Part shown: positions 31,539-43,374 of the stretch, piece after piece
Layout of the letters: every line of letters starts with the position of its first letter
How positions within the stretch are numbered: the first letter of the stretch is position 1
Source of the DNA: Leidyana gryllorum EB-2025a
Lineage: Eukaryota; Protista; Apicomplexa
Direction: 5' to 3'
Assembly: GCA_048772705.1 (NCBI GenBank)
Contig: JBLWGC010000081.1
Coordinates: 1 to 64,000, forward strand
Length of the DNA: 64,000 nucleotides
The notes under the pieces: generated by a model
Told to the model about the DNA's origin: nothing
Databases searched by the model: none
What the model saw: only the letters and a program-made list of their open reading frames with translations
Translations under genes and position numbers: made by a program

Positions 31539-31653
31539 GTTTCAGAGGCACACTAAACACTGACTGCGCTGCTCTCCCAATGGCACTTGTGGTCTGCGAC
31601 CCTTCAAAGATGTAAGTTTGTTTGGATCCCCCCACGTGCAGCCGTACGTACTT

Positions 31654-31726
31654 TGGACGACCTGGGTATCAATCCCAATACCTCTCGCATGCGAAGCGAG
31701 CGCTCTACCATCTGAGCTAGCCGCCC
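31654..31726 (-). tRNA. trnA: tRNA-Ala(CGC)
   Basis: Loop TT-CGC-AT. Confidence 0.8.
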
Positions 31727-31794
31727 ATCCGCTCATCCGCTCTACATGGAAGACCTATTGCATCCAGTGGCTGACCGAGGGCCGATACAACGGC

Positions 31795-31874
31795 TGACAA
31801 GAGTGGGATCCGAACCCACGCCCTTTCGGACGGCGGCCTTAACACAGCGCCTTGGACCACTCGGCCATCTTGCC
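31795..31874 (-). tRNA. trnL: tRNA-Leu(AAG), diverged
   Basis: Leu body. Confidence 0.78.
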
Positions 31875-32045
31875 GGAGTGTTCTTGGCTCGCCACTTTAC
31901 ACGTTTTCTGTTCGCGAGGTCTCGAGAAGGGAGGCTTTTGGGGTTGAAGATGTCGTTCTGGGTGCGGTGTACCGCCCCGAAGTACTATCACGGCCCGGGG
32001 TGCTTACATTACAACCCATCTGCAGGTGCCCATTCGATGCAGTCG

Positions 32046-32117
32046 AGCCTTCTGCCGGAATCGAACCGGCGACCTTTCGCTTACTAAGCGAATGCTCTGC
32101 CCCTAAGCTAAGAAGGC
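32046..32117 (-). tRNA. trnT: tRNA-Thr(AGT)
   Basis: Consensus. Confidence 0.92.
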
Positions 32118-32193
32118 AATGCAAGCCAAAGATCACGAATCAGTCACTATTGACGGAGGTTACTGGAGCACTTTGCTCGAATGGTCGAATGAC

Positions 32194-32266
32194 TTCCACT
32201 GCCGGGACTTGAACCCGGATCGTGCGGGTGAAAGCCGCATATCCTAGCCACTTAGACTACAGTGGA
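32194..32266 (-). tRNA. trnE: tRNA-Glu(TTC)
   Basis: Consensus. Confidence 0.92.
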
Positions 32267-32383
32267 CAACTCAATCAGCTGCAGCTTTAGCCAAGAGCTG
32301 TACCCTCTTGACAAGACGTGATTGCAGAATCCTGCGGTAGAAAAAGGAGGATCTCTATACTAACCTCTGAACCATTGTAGCTG

Positions 32384-32456
32384 GGTCTTGTAGCTCAGTC
32401 GGCAGAACGTGTGGCTGTTAACCACAAAGTCGCAGGTTCGAAACCTGCCAGGACCG
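32384..32456 (+). tRNA. trnN: tRNA-Asn(GTT)
   Basis: Copy of 31466-31538. Confidence 0.86.
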
Positions 32457-32569
32457 GTTTCAGAGGCACACTAAACACTGACTGCGCTGCTCTCCCAATG
32501 GCACTTGTGGTGCGACCCTTCAAAGATGTAAGTTTGTTTGGATCCCCCCACGTGCAGCCGTACGTACTT

Positions 32570-32642
32570 TGGACGACCTGGGTATCAATCCCAATACCTC
32601 TCGCATGCAAAGCGAGCGCTCTACCATCTGAGCTAGCCGCCC
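32570..32642 (-). tRNA. trnA: tRNA-Ala(TGC)
   Basis: Sister of 31654 with different anticodon. Confidence 0.8.
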
Positions 32643-32702
32643 ATCCGCTCTACATGGAAAACCTTCTGCAACCAGTGGCTGACCGAGTGCCGATACAACG
32701 GC

Positions 32703-32782
32703 TGACAAGAGTGGGATTCGAACCCACGCCCTTTCGGACTGCGGCCTTAACACAGCGCCTTAGACCACTCGGCCATCTTGCC
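32703..32782 (-). tRNA. trnL: tRNA-Leu(AAG)
   Basis: Consensus. Confidence 0.92.
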
Positions 32783-32999
32783 GAAGTGTTCTTGGCTCGC
32801 CACTTTACACGTTTTCTGTCCGTGGAATCTCAAAATGGAAGAAGTTCTGGGGTTGGAGGCCGGCGTATCCAGAGCGTCCGAGATAGTACAGCGCTTAGGA
32901 TTTCCGCCTATCACGCGGAAGACCAGGGTCGATTCCCGGTCTCGGAGCACAGTTCGTTTTTCCGCTTCAGATTTCCTGTGCTCAGATAAAGTTGCGAGC

Positions 33000-33072
33000 T
33001 ACAGCCACCGAGGATCGAACTCGGGACCTTCTGCGTGTGAAGCAGACGTCGTAACCACCAGACCATGGCTGC
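33000..33072 (-). tRNA. trnV: tRNA-Val(CAC)
   Basis: Val body. Confidence 0.87.
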
Positions 33073-33192
33073 GCGGAGCTTTCGGACTGTGAAAGGGGCG
33101 TGTGTCTCTGGAAACAGGTATCTGATGAGGGGCGAAAACCACGGAATGCTATGAGGTCTGCACAGCGGGCGACTAGCTCAACAAGATATTAT

Positions 33193-33263
33193 GCATCTGT
33201 GGTCTAGTGGTAGAATGTCTCGTTGCCATCGAGACGACCCGGGTTCGATTCCCGGCAGATGCA
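33193..33263 (+). tRNA. trnG: tRNA-Gly(GCC)
   Basis: Consensus. Confidence 0.93.
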
Positions 33264-33519
33264 AAAGACACAGTTGGTTTTCCCACCATTCCAGGGATTC
33301 ACGCTTGAGTTGGTGTCTGACCCCTCCGATCACATCGCACGATAACTGCTGGATCTGCACCAGCCCGGCCCAGGGCCTGTAGAGATCAAATCTTCTCCCC
33401 TTCCCCACTCGGGCAAGTTGGCAACTGTCGAACTTAGTAACAGATTCCATCCGTATTCGTCGTAGAATGTTGGGGCTTCTTCGGGTCGAGGGCAACTCTG
33501 TATCACAGATCCACTCCCT

Positions 33520-33593
33520 TGGTCACGACCGGGCTCGAACCGGGGACCTTGAGCTTATTAGGCTCACGCTCTAACCGACTGAGCTACGTGACC
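33520..33593 (-). tRNA. trnI: tRNA-Ile(AAT)
   Basis: Ile body. Confidence 0.85.
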
Positions 33594-33712
33594 ACCTCCG
33601 ACGACAGATGGCACCGATTCACTTACTTGATGCCTCTGCGTCGCCACTGCAATCCTTAGCATGTACTGCTGGTGTTTTGAGCCCAGCCGCCTACTCCGAT
33701 GATCGCAGCACA

Positions 33713-33794
33713 CGACAACTGCTGGATTTGAACCAGCGCGGGCCGGGCCCAGTAGATTTCTAGTCTACCCCCTTAACCACTCAGGGAAGTTGCC
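33713..33794 (-). tRNA. trnS: tRNA-Ser(AGA), D-arm changes
   Basis: Ser body. Confidence 0.75.
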
Positions 33795-34257
33795 GCTGTC
33801 GAAGTTGGCATTTTGCGGCCAGTGGCTTCACATACGATTCAGCGAGCTTTACTAGGACTGCTCGCGCCGCCCGAACCCGCGGTTCTCCCTTCAAAAGTCT
33901 TGCGCTCTACCGACGGAGTTGGGGCGGCAAGGAAGCTCGCCCCGTACCCGAGGAAGGCACAGGATTGCACGATCAATACAAATGGAATTGGTTACTAAGT
34001 CCGAATTTGTATCAGACATCCACTCACTTGGTCACGCCGACATACCAGCCTCACTTGAAGATCGTCCGGGTCGTCTAGTGCTTACAACAGCAAGTTGTGG
34101 CCGTGCATACCCAGGCCCGAATCCTGGCTTGGATAGTATGTCCACCGATGTCTCGAATGGGAGATGTAGGTGGAGCCTGTCCAAACCCACGATCGGGCGT
34201 AGCTGCCCATGTCCTCTCTGGATCGCTACACACTTCCATTTGACGGCTCCGTTAGTC

Positions 34258-34330
34258 GGCGCTATGGCCTAATGGATATGGCATCGGTCTACGGAACGGG
34301 GGATTCTGGGTTCGAGTCCCAGTAGCGTCT
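34258..34330 (+). tRNA. trnR: tRNA-Arg(ACG)
   Basis: Arg body. Confidence 0.83.
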
Positions 34331-34591
34331 GGGCGGATGGCCGGGTTGCAGCCTGTTGAATCAACAACTCAGATCCTGTCTTAGCTGTCCGGGATGGGTC
34401 GAGTGCCGTGTTGCGTCAACAACTATCAGACAGGCTGTCCTGGGAATCGAACCCAGGACTCCTTCCACCCTAAGGAAGGATCATACCACTAGACCAACCA
34501 GCCGCCTGTCGGTCGTGAAACCCGCTGAATACAGTGGAGAGAGTGGTCATACGATGTGGAGAACAAAAAAATGCGATGGAGTCTGCACAAT

Positions 34592-34664
34592 GGGCGACTA
34601 GCTCAAATGGTAGAGCGCTCGCTTAGCATGCGAGAGGTACTGGGATCGATGCCCAGGTCGTCCA
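34592..34664 (+). tRNA. trnA: tRNA-Ala(AGC)
   Basis: Consensus. Confidence 0.92.
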
Positions 34665-34755
34665 AACTTCGTAGTTTTCGACTGCCGGTATTTTTACGAC
34701 CTTGGAAGGGTCCAAGAGCACAAGTGCCGTCTAGAGAGTACGGTGCCGCAGAACC

Positions 34756-34828
34756 CGGTCCTGGTAGGTTTCGAACCTGCGACTTTGTGGTTAACAGCCA
34801 CACGCTCTGCCGACTGAGCTACCAGACC
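34756..34828 (-). tRNA. trnN: tRNA-Asn(GTT)
   Basis: Asn body. Confidence 0.82.
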
Positions 34829-34950
34829 CAGTGACAATCTTTCAGAGGTTAGTAGAGAGATCCTTCATCTTCTACCGAAGAATTTTGCAGCCCTCTCAGG
34901 TCGTTATCGAGACCTGAGAGACCAGCCAAAAAAGCTTGAGCTCGTGAGCA

Positions 34951-35022
34951 AGCCTTCTGCCGGAATCGAACCGGCGACCTTTCGCTTACTAAGCGAATGC
35001 TCTGCCCCTAAGCTAAGAAGGC
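34951..35022 (-). tRNA. trnT: tRNA-Thr(AGT)
   Basis: Consensus. Confidence 0.92.
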
Positions 35023-35090
35023 AATACAAGCCGAAGATCACGAATCAGTTACTATTGACGGGGATTACTGGAGCACTTTGCTCGAGTAAC

Positions 35091-35163
35091 TTCCACTGCC
35101 GGGACTTGAACCCGGATCGTGCGGGTGAAAGCCGCATATCCTAGCCACTTAGACTACAGTGGA
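35091..35163 (-). tRNA. trnE: tRNA-Glu(TTC)
   Basis: Consensus. Confidence 0.92.
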
Positions 35164-35194
35164 CGAGCTCCCGAGATGACCGAAGCTTGTCTAT

Positions 35195-35267
35195 GGTGCG
35201 GTGGCCTAATGGATATGGCATCGGTCTTCGGAACCGGGAGTTGTGGGTTCGAGTCCCATCCGCATCA
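35195..35267 (+). tRNA. trnR: tRNA-Arg(TCG)
   Basis: Loop CT-TCG-GA, cloverleaf. Confidence 0.88.
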
Positions 35268-36066
35268 TAGCCTCGCACGCGGAAGACGTTCCGTTTCGAC
35301 CGAGGCAAGCTTGCTAGCTGTATGGGGGCCACTGCTGCGGATGTCGAGTTGAAGTGCCCGTGATATAATTTTCCTCCACTTGGAGGAAGTGCTCAATTCG
35401 ATTCCCGAACAGTCAGTTTTTTAGTAGGTGCAGACAGCTCGACGCAGAAATCCCCCGAGTCTCTCGGGGTGCTGCGGCTGTGGCACAGGTTGTTGTGGTC
35501 TAAGGGTAAGATGCGACCCTTCCAAGGTCGTAACCCGGGTTCGAGTCCCGGCAGGTGCAGGCGTATGTAGTTCGAACGACTGTCTATCAGTGAAGTGAGG
35601 GGACCGAGTGCCAACACAATACAACCGGCTGACAATAGTCGGATTCGAACCCACGACCTTTCGAACTCCGGCCGTAACACAGCGCCCTAGACCACTCGGC
35701 CATCTTGCCGCCGTGTTCTTGGCTCGCCACATTGCACGTTTTGTGTCCGTGAAGTCTCGAGAAGGAAGACTTTTGGGGTTGAAGTCCGCCGCGTTGACGA
35801 GCGTCCGAGATGAAGTAGTGGTCAGTATTTCCGCCTGTCACGCGGAAGACTCGGATTCGATGCCCGGTTTCGGAGCACAGTTGATTCCGCTTAAGATTGT
35901 TTGTTTTGGTTGTCGCTGAAAGTTGCGAGCTTCAGCCACCGAGGATCGAACTCGGGACCTTCTGCGTGGTAAGCAGACGTCGTGACCACTACACCATGTC
36001 TGCGGCGAAGGTCCCGCAGACCAAGAGAAGTGGTGAGGTTTCACCAAAAAGTGAGGACTAGTTTCG

Positions 36067-36138
36067 AGGTTGCGCCGGGAATCGAACCTAGGTCGGGAGA
36101 TTTAGAGTCTCCAGTGCTAACCACTACACCAAGTAACC
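36067..36138 (-). pseudogene. Gln-body tRNA with CTA (amber) anticodon, degenerate
   Basis: GGAGA-CT-CTA-AA-TCTCC; 2 acceptor and 1 T-stem mismatch. Confidence 0.75.
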
Positions 36139-36422
36139 GATCAGTCCTTCTCAAAAAAAGAGTTTGTAGAGCCGTCCGGACTAGCGCTCCCTCAACTGGA
36201 CACATGCAACACGCGTCTCTCTACTCACTTTTGAAATATTGTAACTGGCTCTTGTATCTTAGTCGGCAGAGTGTGTGATTGTAAAATGCAAACTCGGAAA
36301 TCCGGGCTCTGAGGCAACCTTCACACATACTGCGGTGCCCAGGTCTGTCCAAGGGCTGCACAGCACAATTAAAAGCTCTCAACTCGGTAAATAAATAGGG
36401 GCAGGTGCAGCCGTACGAAGTT

Positions 36423-36495
36423 TGGACGACCTGGGCATCGATCCCAGTACCTCTCGCATGCTAAGCGAGCGCTCTACCATTTGAGCTAGTCGCCC
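36423..36495 (-). tRNA. trnA: tRNA-Ala(AGC)
   Basis: Consensus. Confidence 0.92.
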
Positions 36496-36577
36496 GTTGT
36501 GCAGACCCCATCGCATGTGTTGGTTCTCAGCATAGTATGACCACTCTCTCAACTGTACTCAGCACCACCAAGCGGTC

Positions 36578-36649
36578 GGCTGTTTGGTCTAGTGGTATGA
36601 TCCTTCCTTAGGGTGGAAGGAGTCCTGGGTTCGATTCCCAGAACAGCCC
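36578..36649 (+). tRNA. trnP: tRNA-Pro(AGG)
   Basis: Consensus. Confidence 0.92.
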
Positions 36650-37009
36650 TCTTGGTCGTCGGTTGACCCGACGGGACAAGTTGCCTCAGAACCAACACAG
36701 CATTTCATTAGCCCACTTGGTTCAAATCCAGCAGTTGTCGTGCGATGTGATTGGAGGGGTCAGACACCAACTCACGCATGAATTCTGTGGTGGAGATGAT
36801 GCTATTCCCAGCATCAAACCCTCATATGGATGGAGACAGCGAATACCTTCTTAGCTTAGGGGCAGAGCATTCGCTTCGTAAGCGAGAAGTCGCAGGCTCG
36901 ATTCCGGCAGAAGGCTTTGCTCACGCACTTAAGCTATTCTGACTGGTCTCTCAGTCTCGATAAGGATCTGAGAGGTTTGGAGGGGAACTGCAATGCACTT
37001 TAGATTGGT

Positions 37010-37081
37010 TGTCCGAGCCAGGAATCGAGCCTGGGTTTGCACGGCCACAACGTGCTGTCCTAACCACTAGACAACTCGGAC
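37010..37081 (-). tRNA. trnH: tRNA-His(GTG)
   Basis: His body. Confidence 0.85.
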
Positions 37082-37327
37082 AAATCTTTGAGCGAGGCTG
37101 TAGAGGTAGCGAAGCATCGATCAGGATGGGATGGAACAGCCACTCCTCAACTTCGGGTGGGACGGAATTTACTCGTGGAATATCTGATGCCACCACTGCG
37201 ATCAGATACGTTACCATCTAAGCACCCCGGGCCGTAAGGGTACTTCGGGGTGGCACACCGCAGCCAGAACGACATCGGCGGTCGCAACGGAAGCCATTAA
37301 CACTCTGGAACTCAGAAGGAAAGTAAT

Positions 37328-37411
37328 GCACAGATGCCCGAGTGGTCTAAGGGGCCAGACTCAAGTTCTGGTAGGCTCAAGTCTGCATGGGTTCGAATCC
37401 CATTCTGTGCA
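37328..37411 (+). tRNA. trnL: tRNA-Leu(CAA)
   Basis: Consensus. Confidence 0.9.
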
Positions 37412-38008
37412 ACGGCGATCATCCCCAAAAAAAGCTGGAAAAGGCCACAGTCGGTTGCATGCACCCGAGTATTCGGCTGTTGCTCTGCTCGTATGATCCT
37501 TCCTCCGAGTGGAAGGAGTCCTGGGTTCGATTCCAGAACAGCCCTATTGGTCGTCGTTTGACTTGACCGGACATGTTGCCCTCAGAACCAACACAGCCAC
37601 CTCGTTAGCCCGCCTCGGTAGGGCAGTCAGGGCAACTAACATCTCGAAAATCACATTTCGGCTACCTCTTCCATGTTGCAGACTGAGCAGTGTAGCTCAG
37701 TGGAAGAGTGTTAAGCTCATAACGCAAAGGTCCGTCGATCGAAACGACGCACTGCTAAGTGTGCGCAGAAGGGAACAGTTGCAGGATAGATTGGCTCGTG
37801 AGCCAAGCCTGCTGCCCGAATCGAACCGGCGACCTTTCACTTACTAAGCTAATGCTCTGCCCCAAGCTAAGAAGGCAATGTCAACTGGACATCACGCGTG
37901 AGGAGTCCCTATTGACGGAAGTTACTGAAGCTCATTGTTCCACCGGTCGAACGGATCCAGGGCTCCACCCAACGGCAAATAGGGTGTAACTCAGTTTAGA
38001 GCTTCGTT

Positions 38009-38081
38009 GCCGCCCTAGCTCAGTCCGTAGAGCGCAAGACTTTCAATCTTGCAGTCGCGGGTTCGAGCCCCGCGGGCGGTG
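38009..38081 (+). tRNA. Lys-body tRNA with TTC anticodon
   Basis: Lys body, loop CT-TTC-AA. Confidence 0.7.
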
Positions 38082-38141
38082 TGCATCTGTTTCCCTGGGA
38101 GTAAGAATGGAACTGTTGCCTACAAGCACACTCAGCTGGAT

Positions 38142-38214
38142 TTCCACTGCCCGGACTTGAACCCGGATCGTGCGGGTGAGAGCCGCATACCCAAGCCACT
38201 TAGACTACAGTGGA
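38142..38214 (-). tRNA. trnE: tRNA-Glu(CTC), diverged
   Basis: Glu body. Confidence 0.75.
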
Positions 38215-38399
38215 CGAGTCACAACAGTTGCACTGACGAATGAGGCGCCGGAGAACTGTGAGTCGGTCTCAGGCTATCTCAAGTGGTAGAGCGGTGACTT
38301 GGCAGGCGAGAGGTCAGTTTAGACACCTATCAATGCCGCAGGACAGGCTGAACATGGGGGCATTTGGTCACTCCTCGCGGCATGTCGAATTCGACAGTT

Positions 38400-38481
38400 G
38401 GCAACTTGCCCGAGTGGTTAAGGGGGTAGACTTGAAATCTACTGGGCCTGGCCCCCGCTGGTTCAAATCCAGCAGTTGTCG
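38400..38481 (+). tRNA. trnS: tRNA-Ser(TGA)
   Basis: Ser body. Confidence 0.87.
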
Positions 38482-39144
38482 TGCGATCTGATTGGAGGAG
38501 CAGACAACAACTCACTCCTGAAACCCCAGAATGGTGCCTCAATCAACCATCTGCCATCTTCTCTGCATCTGCCGGGAATCGAACCTGGGTCGTCTCGGTG
38601 GCAACGACACAGTCTACAACTAAACCACAGATGCGTGACATCTCCATTCCTGAATACAAAGCGAAGGGTCTTAACTAGTCCAGGCCGTCCAACTTAGGCC
38701 GTACATATGAACCAGGCTCATCGGATACGCGTTTCCAGAGAGACACGCCCCTTCGGCAGTCCGGAAGCTCCGTGCAGCCATCTACCGGTCACGACGTCTG
38801 CTTAACACGCAGAAGGTCCCGAGTTCAATCCTCGGTGGCTGTAACACGCATCGTTCAGGCAAGCATCACGGAATCTAGAGCGGAAGACGATCTATCTCCG
38901 AGTTCGATCCTCGGTGACTGTAGCTCGCAACTTTCAGCGGGCACCAAAAAAGACAATCTTAAGCGAGATCAACTGTGCTCCTAGACCGGGAATCGAACCC
39001 GGGTCTTCCGCGTGACAGGCGGAAATACTAACCACCATAGTATCTCGGTGGCTCACAAACACACCGGCCTTCAACCCCAAAAGTCCTCCCTTCTCGAGAC
39101 TTCACGAACAGAAAACGTGTAAAGTGGCGAGCCAAGAACACTTC

Positions 39145-39224
39145 GGCAAGATGGCCGAGTGGTCTAAGGCGCTGTGTTAAGGCCGCAGTCCGAAAGGGCG
39201 TGGTTTCGAATCCCACTCTTGTCA
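39145..39224 (+). tRNA. trnL: tRNA-Leu(AAG)
   Basis: Leu body. Confidence 0.85.
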
Positions 39225-39284
39225 GCCGTTGTATCGGCACTCGGTCAGCCACTGGATGCAGAAGGTTTTCCATGTAGAGCGGAC

Positions 39285-39357
39285 GGGCGGCTAGCTCAGA
39301 TGGTAGAGCGCTCGCTTTGCATGCGAGAGGTACTGGGATCGATACCCAGGTCGTCCA
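39285..39357 (+). tRNA. trnA: tRNA-Ala(TGC)
   Basis: Consensus. Confidence 0.92.
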
Positions 39358-39795
39358 AACTCGGTAGGGCGACCTGCCGGTAGTTAAATACAGAGTTGCG
39401 ACCTCTAACAGAGCGTCGCATATCGCAGCTCCCGGCACCGCTAGGCTTCGAGACTGCGACTTTGTGGTAAACAGCTACACGCTTTGCCGACTGAGCTACA
39501 AGACCTGCAATGTTCTTCCAAGCGAGGAAAAATCATACCTGCAGACCGGACAGCCCCCTGGTCGGGCCTCGTGCCGAAGCTTGTCAGCGTCTCTGTCAAT
39601 CTGCCACGGCTGTTTGAGGCGTGCCTCCTGCGTCTGCCGGGAATCGTACCTGGGTCGTCTCGATGGCAACGAGACATTCTACCAATAGACCACAGATGCA
39701 TGACTCCTTGTTGTTCAAGCTCGTGCACAATAACGGCCGTTTTGTATCAAACCAGAAGACGGAATCTAGTTGAGCGAGTATGACGGGTGCTTTGT

Positions 39796-39867
39796 GGGTA
39801 CGTAGCTCAGTGGTAGAGCAGCTGACTGCAGATCAGCAAGTCCGTGGTTCAACTCCGCGCGTGCCCT
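39796..39867 (+). tRNA. trnC: tRNA-Cys(GCA)
   Basis: Best Cys copy. Confidence 0.9.
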
Positions 39868-40017
39868 AAAGATGACCTGAAGGTTGAAGATGTTGGAAAT
39901 CCATCCCTGACCACATGCCAATGAGTCTGAAGTCGGTGGACAATTTTGGGTGTATGGCGGACGGTGGCGCGCAGAAATCGCCCGAGTGTCTCGGGGTGCT
40001 GCAACTCTTTCGCAATT

Positions 40018-40088
40018 GCACTTGTGGTCTAAGGGTAAGATGCGACCCTTCCAAGGTCGTAAACCGGGTTCGAGTCCCGGCAGGTGCA
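40018..40088 (+). tRNA. trnG: tRNA-Gly(TCC)
   Basis: Intact cloverleaf. Confidence 0.9.
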
Positions 40089-40335
40089 GCCGTATGTAGC
40101 TTGAACGACTGGACACATGCAACACGCGTCTCTCTACTGACTTTTGAAATATTGTAACTGGCTCTTGTATCTTAGTCGGCAGAGTGTGTGATTGTAAAAT
40201 GCAAACTCGAAAATCCGGGCTCTGAGGCAACCTTCACACATACTGCGGTGCCCAGGTCTGTCCAAGGGCTGCACAGCACAATCAAAACCTCTCAACTCGG
40301 TAAATAAATAGGGGCACGTGCAGCCGTACGTACTT

Positions 40336-40408
40336 TGGACGACCTGGGCATCGATCCCAGTACCTCTCGCATGCTAAGCGAGCGCTCTACCATTTGAGCT
40401 AATCGCCC
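40336..40408 (-). tRNA. trnA: tRNA-Ala(AGC)
   Basis: Ala body. Confidence 0.87.
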
Positions 40409-40523
40409 ATTCAGCAAACCCCAGTACATCCAGTTCTTTTTACATGGTATGACCAATCTCCCAACTCCATCGATCACTTTCACCAGTTTGTGCTCCACTT
40501 TGCACAAACGAAGGCACGCAGGA

Positions 40524-40596
40524 AACGGCTGGAGGGACTCGAACCCTCAACCTTTGCCTTAGGAGGGCAACGCGCTATCCATTGCGCCACAACCGC
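40524..40596 (-). tRNA. trnR: tRNA-Arg(CCT)
   Basis: TTGCC-CT-CCT-AA-GGCAA, intact. Confidence 0.92.
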
Positions 40597-40684
40597 ATTC
40601 GGGACGCATCCGACTTTTGAGTGGGACGAAGGCGGGCTGCCCCCTTTCACCCAACCAGTAGCGAGATGACCGAAGCCTATCCAT

Positions 40685-40757
40685 GGTGCGGTGGCCTAAT
40701 GGAGAGGGCATCGGTCTTCGGAACCGGGAGTTGTGGGTTCGAGTCCCATCCGCATCA
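40685..40757 (+). tRNA. trnR: tRNA-Arg(TCG)
   Basis: Arg body. Confidence 0.85.
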
Positions 40758-40912
40758 TAGCCGCATATCCTAACCACTTAGACTACAGTGGACAAGTGCC
40801 CGAGTTGAGGCTTTGGACGAGAGCCGTAGCGTCGGTTCAAGCGACGACGAACGGGCTCATCGGATACGTGTGTCCAAAGACACACGCCCCTTTCACAGCC
40901 CGGAAGGTCCGT

Positions 40913-40985
40913 GCAGCCATGGTCTAGTGGTTTCGACGTCTGCTTAACACGCAGAAGGTCCTGAGTTCGATCCTCGGTGGCTGTA
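40913..40985 (+). tRNA. trnV: tRNA-Val(AAC)
   Basis: Val body. Confidence 0.83.
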
Positions 40986-42212
40986 GCTCGCAACTTTCAG
41001 CGGCAACCAAAGGAGACAATCCCCGAAACCGGGCATCGAACCCGGATCTTCCGCGTGACAGGCAGAAGTCCTGACCACTACTTTATCTCGGACGCTCGTC
41101 AACGCGCCGGACTTCAACCGCGAAAGTCTTCCTTCTCGGAACTTCACGGACAGAAAACGTGTAAAGTGGCGAGTCAAGAACACTGCGGCAAGATGGCCGA
41201 GTGGTCTAGGGCGCTGTGTTAAAGCCGCAGTCGAAAGGCCGTTGGTTCGAATCCCCCGCTTGTCAACCGTTGTATTGTATTGGCACTCGGTCCCCTCACT
41301 TCACTGATAGACAGTCGTTCGAGCTACATACGGCTGGACCTGCCGGGACTCGAACCCGGGGTACGACCTTGGAAGGGTCGCATCTTACCCTTAGACCACA
41401 AGTGCAATTGCGAAAAATCTGCAGCACCCCGAGAGACTCGGGCAATTTCTGCCTCCAGCTGTCTGCAACTCACTCAAAAACGGACTATTCGGGGATCGAT
41501 CGAACACTCCCCCAGGCGAGGGAAGAATATACCACTAGCACTTCAACTCGACATGGGCGGCAGTGGCTCCCCATACAGCTAGCAAGCTTGCCTCGGCCAA
41601 AACGGAACGGATTCCGAGTGAGAGGCTGTGGTGCGGATGGGACTCGAACCCACAACTCCCGGTTCCGAAGACCGATGCCCTATCCATCAGGCCACCGCAC
41701 CATGGATAAGCTTCGGTCATCTCGATACTGGTTGGGTGAAAGGAGTATTTGATCTCAAAACCTCCCCCAAACCGTTGTTAAAAAGTGCAGCGAGTAAGAC
41801 ATGTCGCTGGCAACCTCGGGGCGGCACGGACGCGGCGCTTTCTGATACTCGATGTGACGACCTCTTTGCCTCGCCGGCAAATCAAACACGGAACTTCCAA
41901 GTCTTGTCTAGCGCTCTCTAACTGAGCTTCCTACGCGCGAGAAAGTCATGGAGCGCGGTGAAGATGAGTGACCCACCGCATGTGCGAGCCAGTCTTGCCA
42001 AACCGTATGTGAAGCCGCTGGCCGCAAAATGCCGAGCTCGACAGATGGCAACTGGCCCGAGTGCTCAAGGTCTGAGTATGCACGCGGTCGGCCTCAATGT
42101 GGCGCCTGACTTTGCCAGCCTGTAACCCTGCACACCCCATAGCATTTAGTGGTTCTTGACATGTTATGACCAGTCTCCCGACTCTACCAGCAATTTGCAC
42201 CACCGATCAGTC

Positions 42213-42284
42213 GGCTGTTTGGTCTAGTGGTATGATCCTTCCTTAGGGTGGAAGGAGTCCTGGGTTCGATTCCCAGAACAGCCC
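42213..42284 (+). tRNA. trnP: tRNA-Pro(AGG)
   Basis: Consensus. Confidence 0.92.
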
Positions 42285-42410
42285 TCTTGGTCGTCGGTTG
42301 ACCCGATGGGATAAGCAGTTTTAGAAGTAACACAGCCACCTCGTTGCCACTTCGGGGCAATTAACATCTCAAGAATCGCATTCCGCCTCCTTCTTCCATG
42401 TTGCAGACTA

Positions 42411-42482
42411 AGCAGTGTAGCTCAGTGGAAGAGTGTTGGGCTCATAACCCAAAGGTCCGTCGATCGAAACGACGCACTGCTA
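42411..42482 (+). tRNA. trnM: Initiator tRNA-Met(CAT)
   Basis: Identical to 933-1004. Confidence 0.93.
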
Positions 42483-42531
42483 AGTGTGCGCAGGAGGGAA
42501 ACAGCTATAGAATCGATTGGGTCGTGACCAA

Positions 42532-42603
42532 AGCCTTCTGCCGGAATCGAACCGGCGATCTTTCGCTTACTAAGCGAATGCTCTGCCCCTAAGCTAAGAA
42601 GGC
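42532..42603 (-). tRNA. trnT: tRNA-Thr(AGT)
   Basis: Thr body. Confidence 0.88.
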
Positions 42604-43061
42604 AATGCAAGCCAAAGATCACGAGTCAGTCACTATTGACGGAGGTTACTGGAGCACTTTGCTCCAATGGTCCAATGATTTCCACTGCCGGGACTTGAAC
42701 CCGGATGTGCGGGTGAAAGCCGCATACCCTAGCCACTTAGACTACAGTGGACGAGTGGTTGAGTTGGGGCTTCGGCCGAGAGCCGTACCGTCTTGGAAAA
42801 TATGGATATGGAATGTCGGCGTGATCAAGTGAGTGGATCTCTGATACAGATTCGGACTTAGTAACCAATTCCATTTGTATTGATCGTGGAATCTTGGGCC
42901 TCCCCAGGTACAGGGCGAGCTTCCTTGCCGCGCCAGCTCCGTCGGTAGCGCGCAAGACTTTCAATGGAGAGACCGCGGGTTCGGGCAGCGCGAGCGGTCC
43001 GAGTCAAGCTTGCTGAACCGTATGTGAAGCCACTGTCTGCGGAATGCCGAGTTCGACGATT

Positions 43062-43143
43062 GGCAACTTGCCCGAGTGGTTAAGGGGGTAGACTCGAAAT
43101 CTACTGGGCCTGGCCCGCGCTGGTTCAAATCCAGCAGTTGTCG
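43062..43143 (+). tRNA. trnS: tRNA-Ser(CGA)
   Basis: Consensus. Confidence 0.92.
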
Positions 43144-43207
43144 TGCGATGTGATCGGAGAGTCCAGAACCAACTCACGCATAAAACTCAACCATGTGCTA
43201 TGTCCTC

Positions 43208-43278
43208 TGCATCTGCCGGGAATCGAACCCGGGTCGTCTCGATGGCAACGAGACATTCTACCACTAGACCACAGATGC
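43208..43278 (-). tRNA. trnG: tRNA-Gly(GCC)
   Basis: Consensus. Confidence 0.93.
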
Positions 43279-43374
43279 GTAACATGTTGTTGTTAGAGCT
43301 CGTAAACAATAACGGCCGTTTTGCTGCGAATGAGAAGACAGGGGCAAGTTGAGCGAGTATAAGAGGCGCCTCGT

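Larger units (their letters stand above)
31103..32819 (+). repeat. Near-identical direct duplication, period 918 bp (Thr-Glu-Asn-Ala-Leu)
   Basis: 31103-31911 repeated at 32021-32819. Confidence 0.9.
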
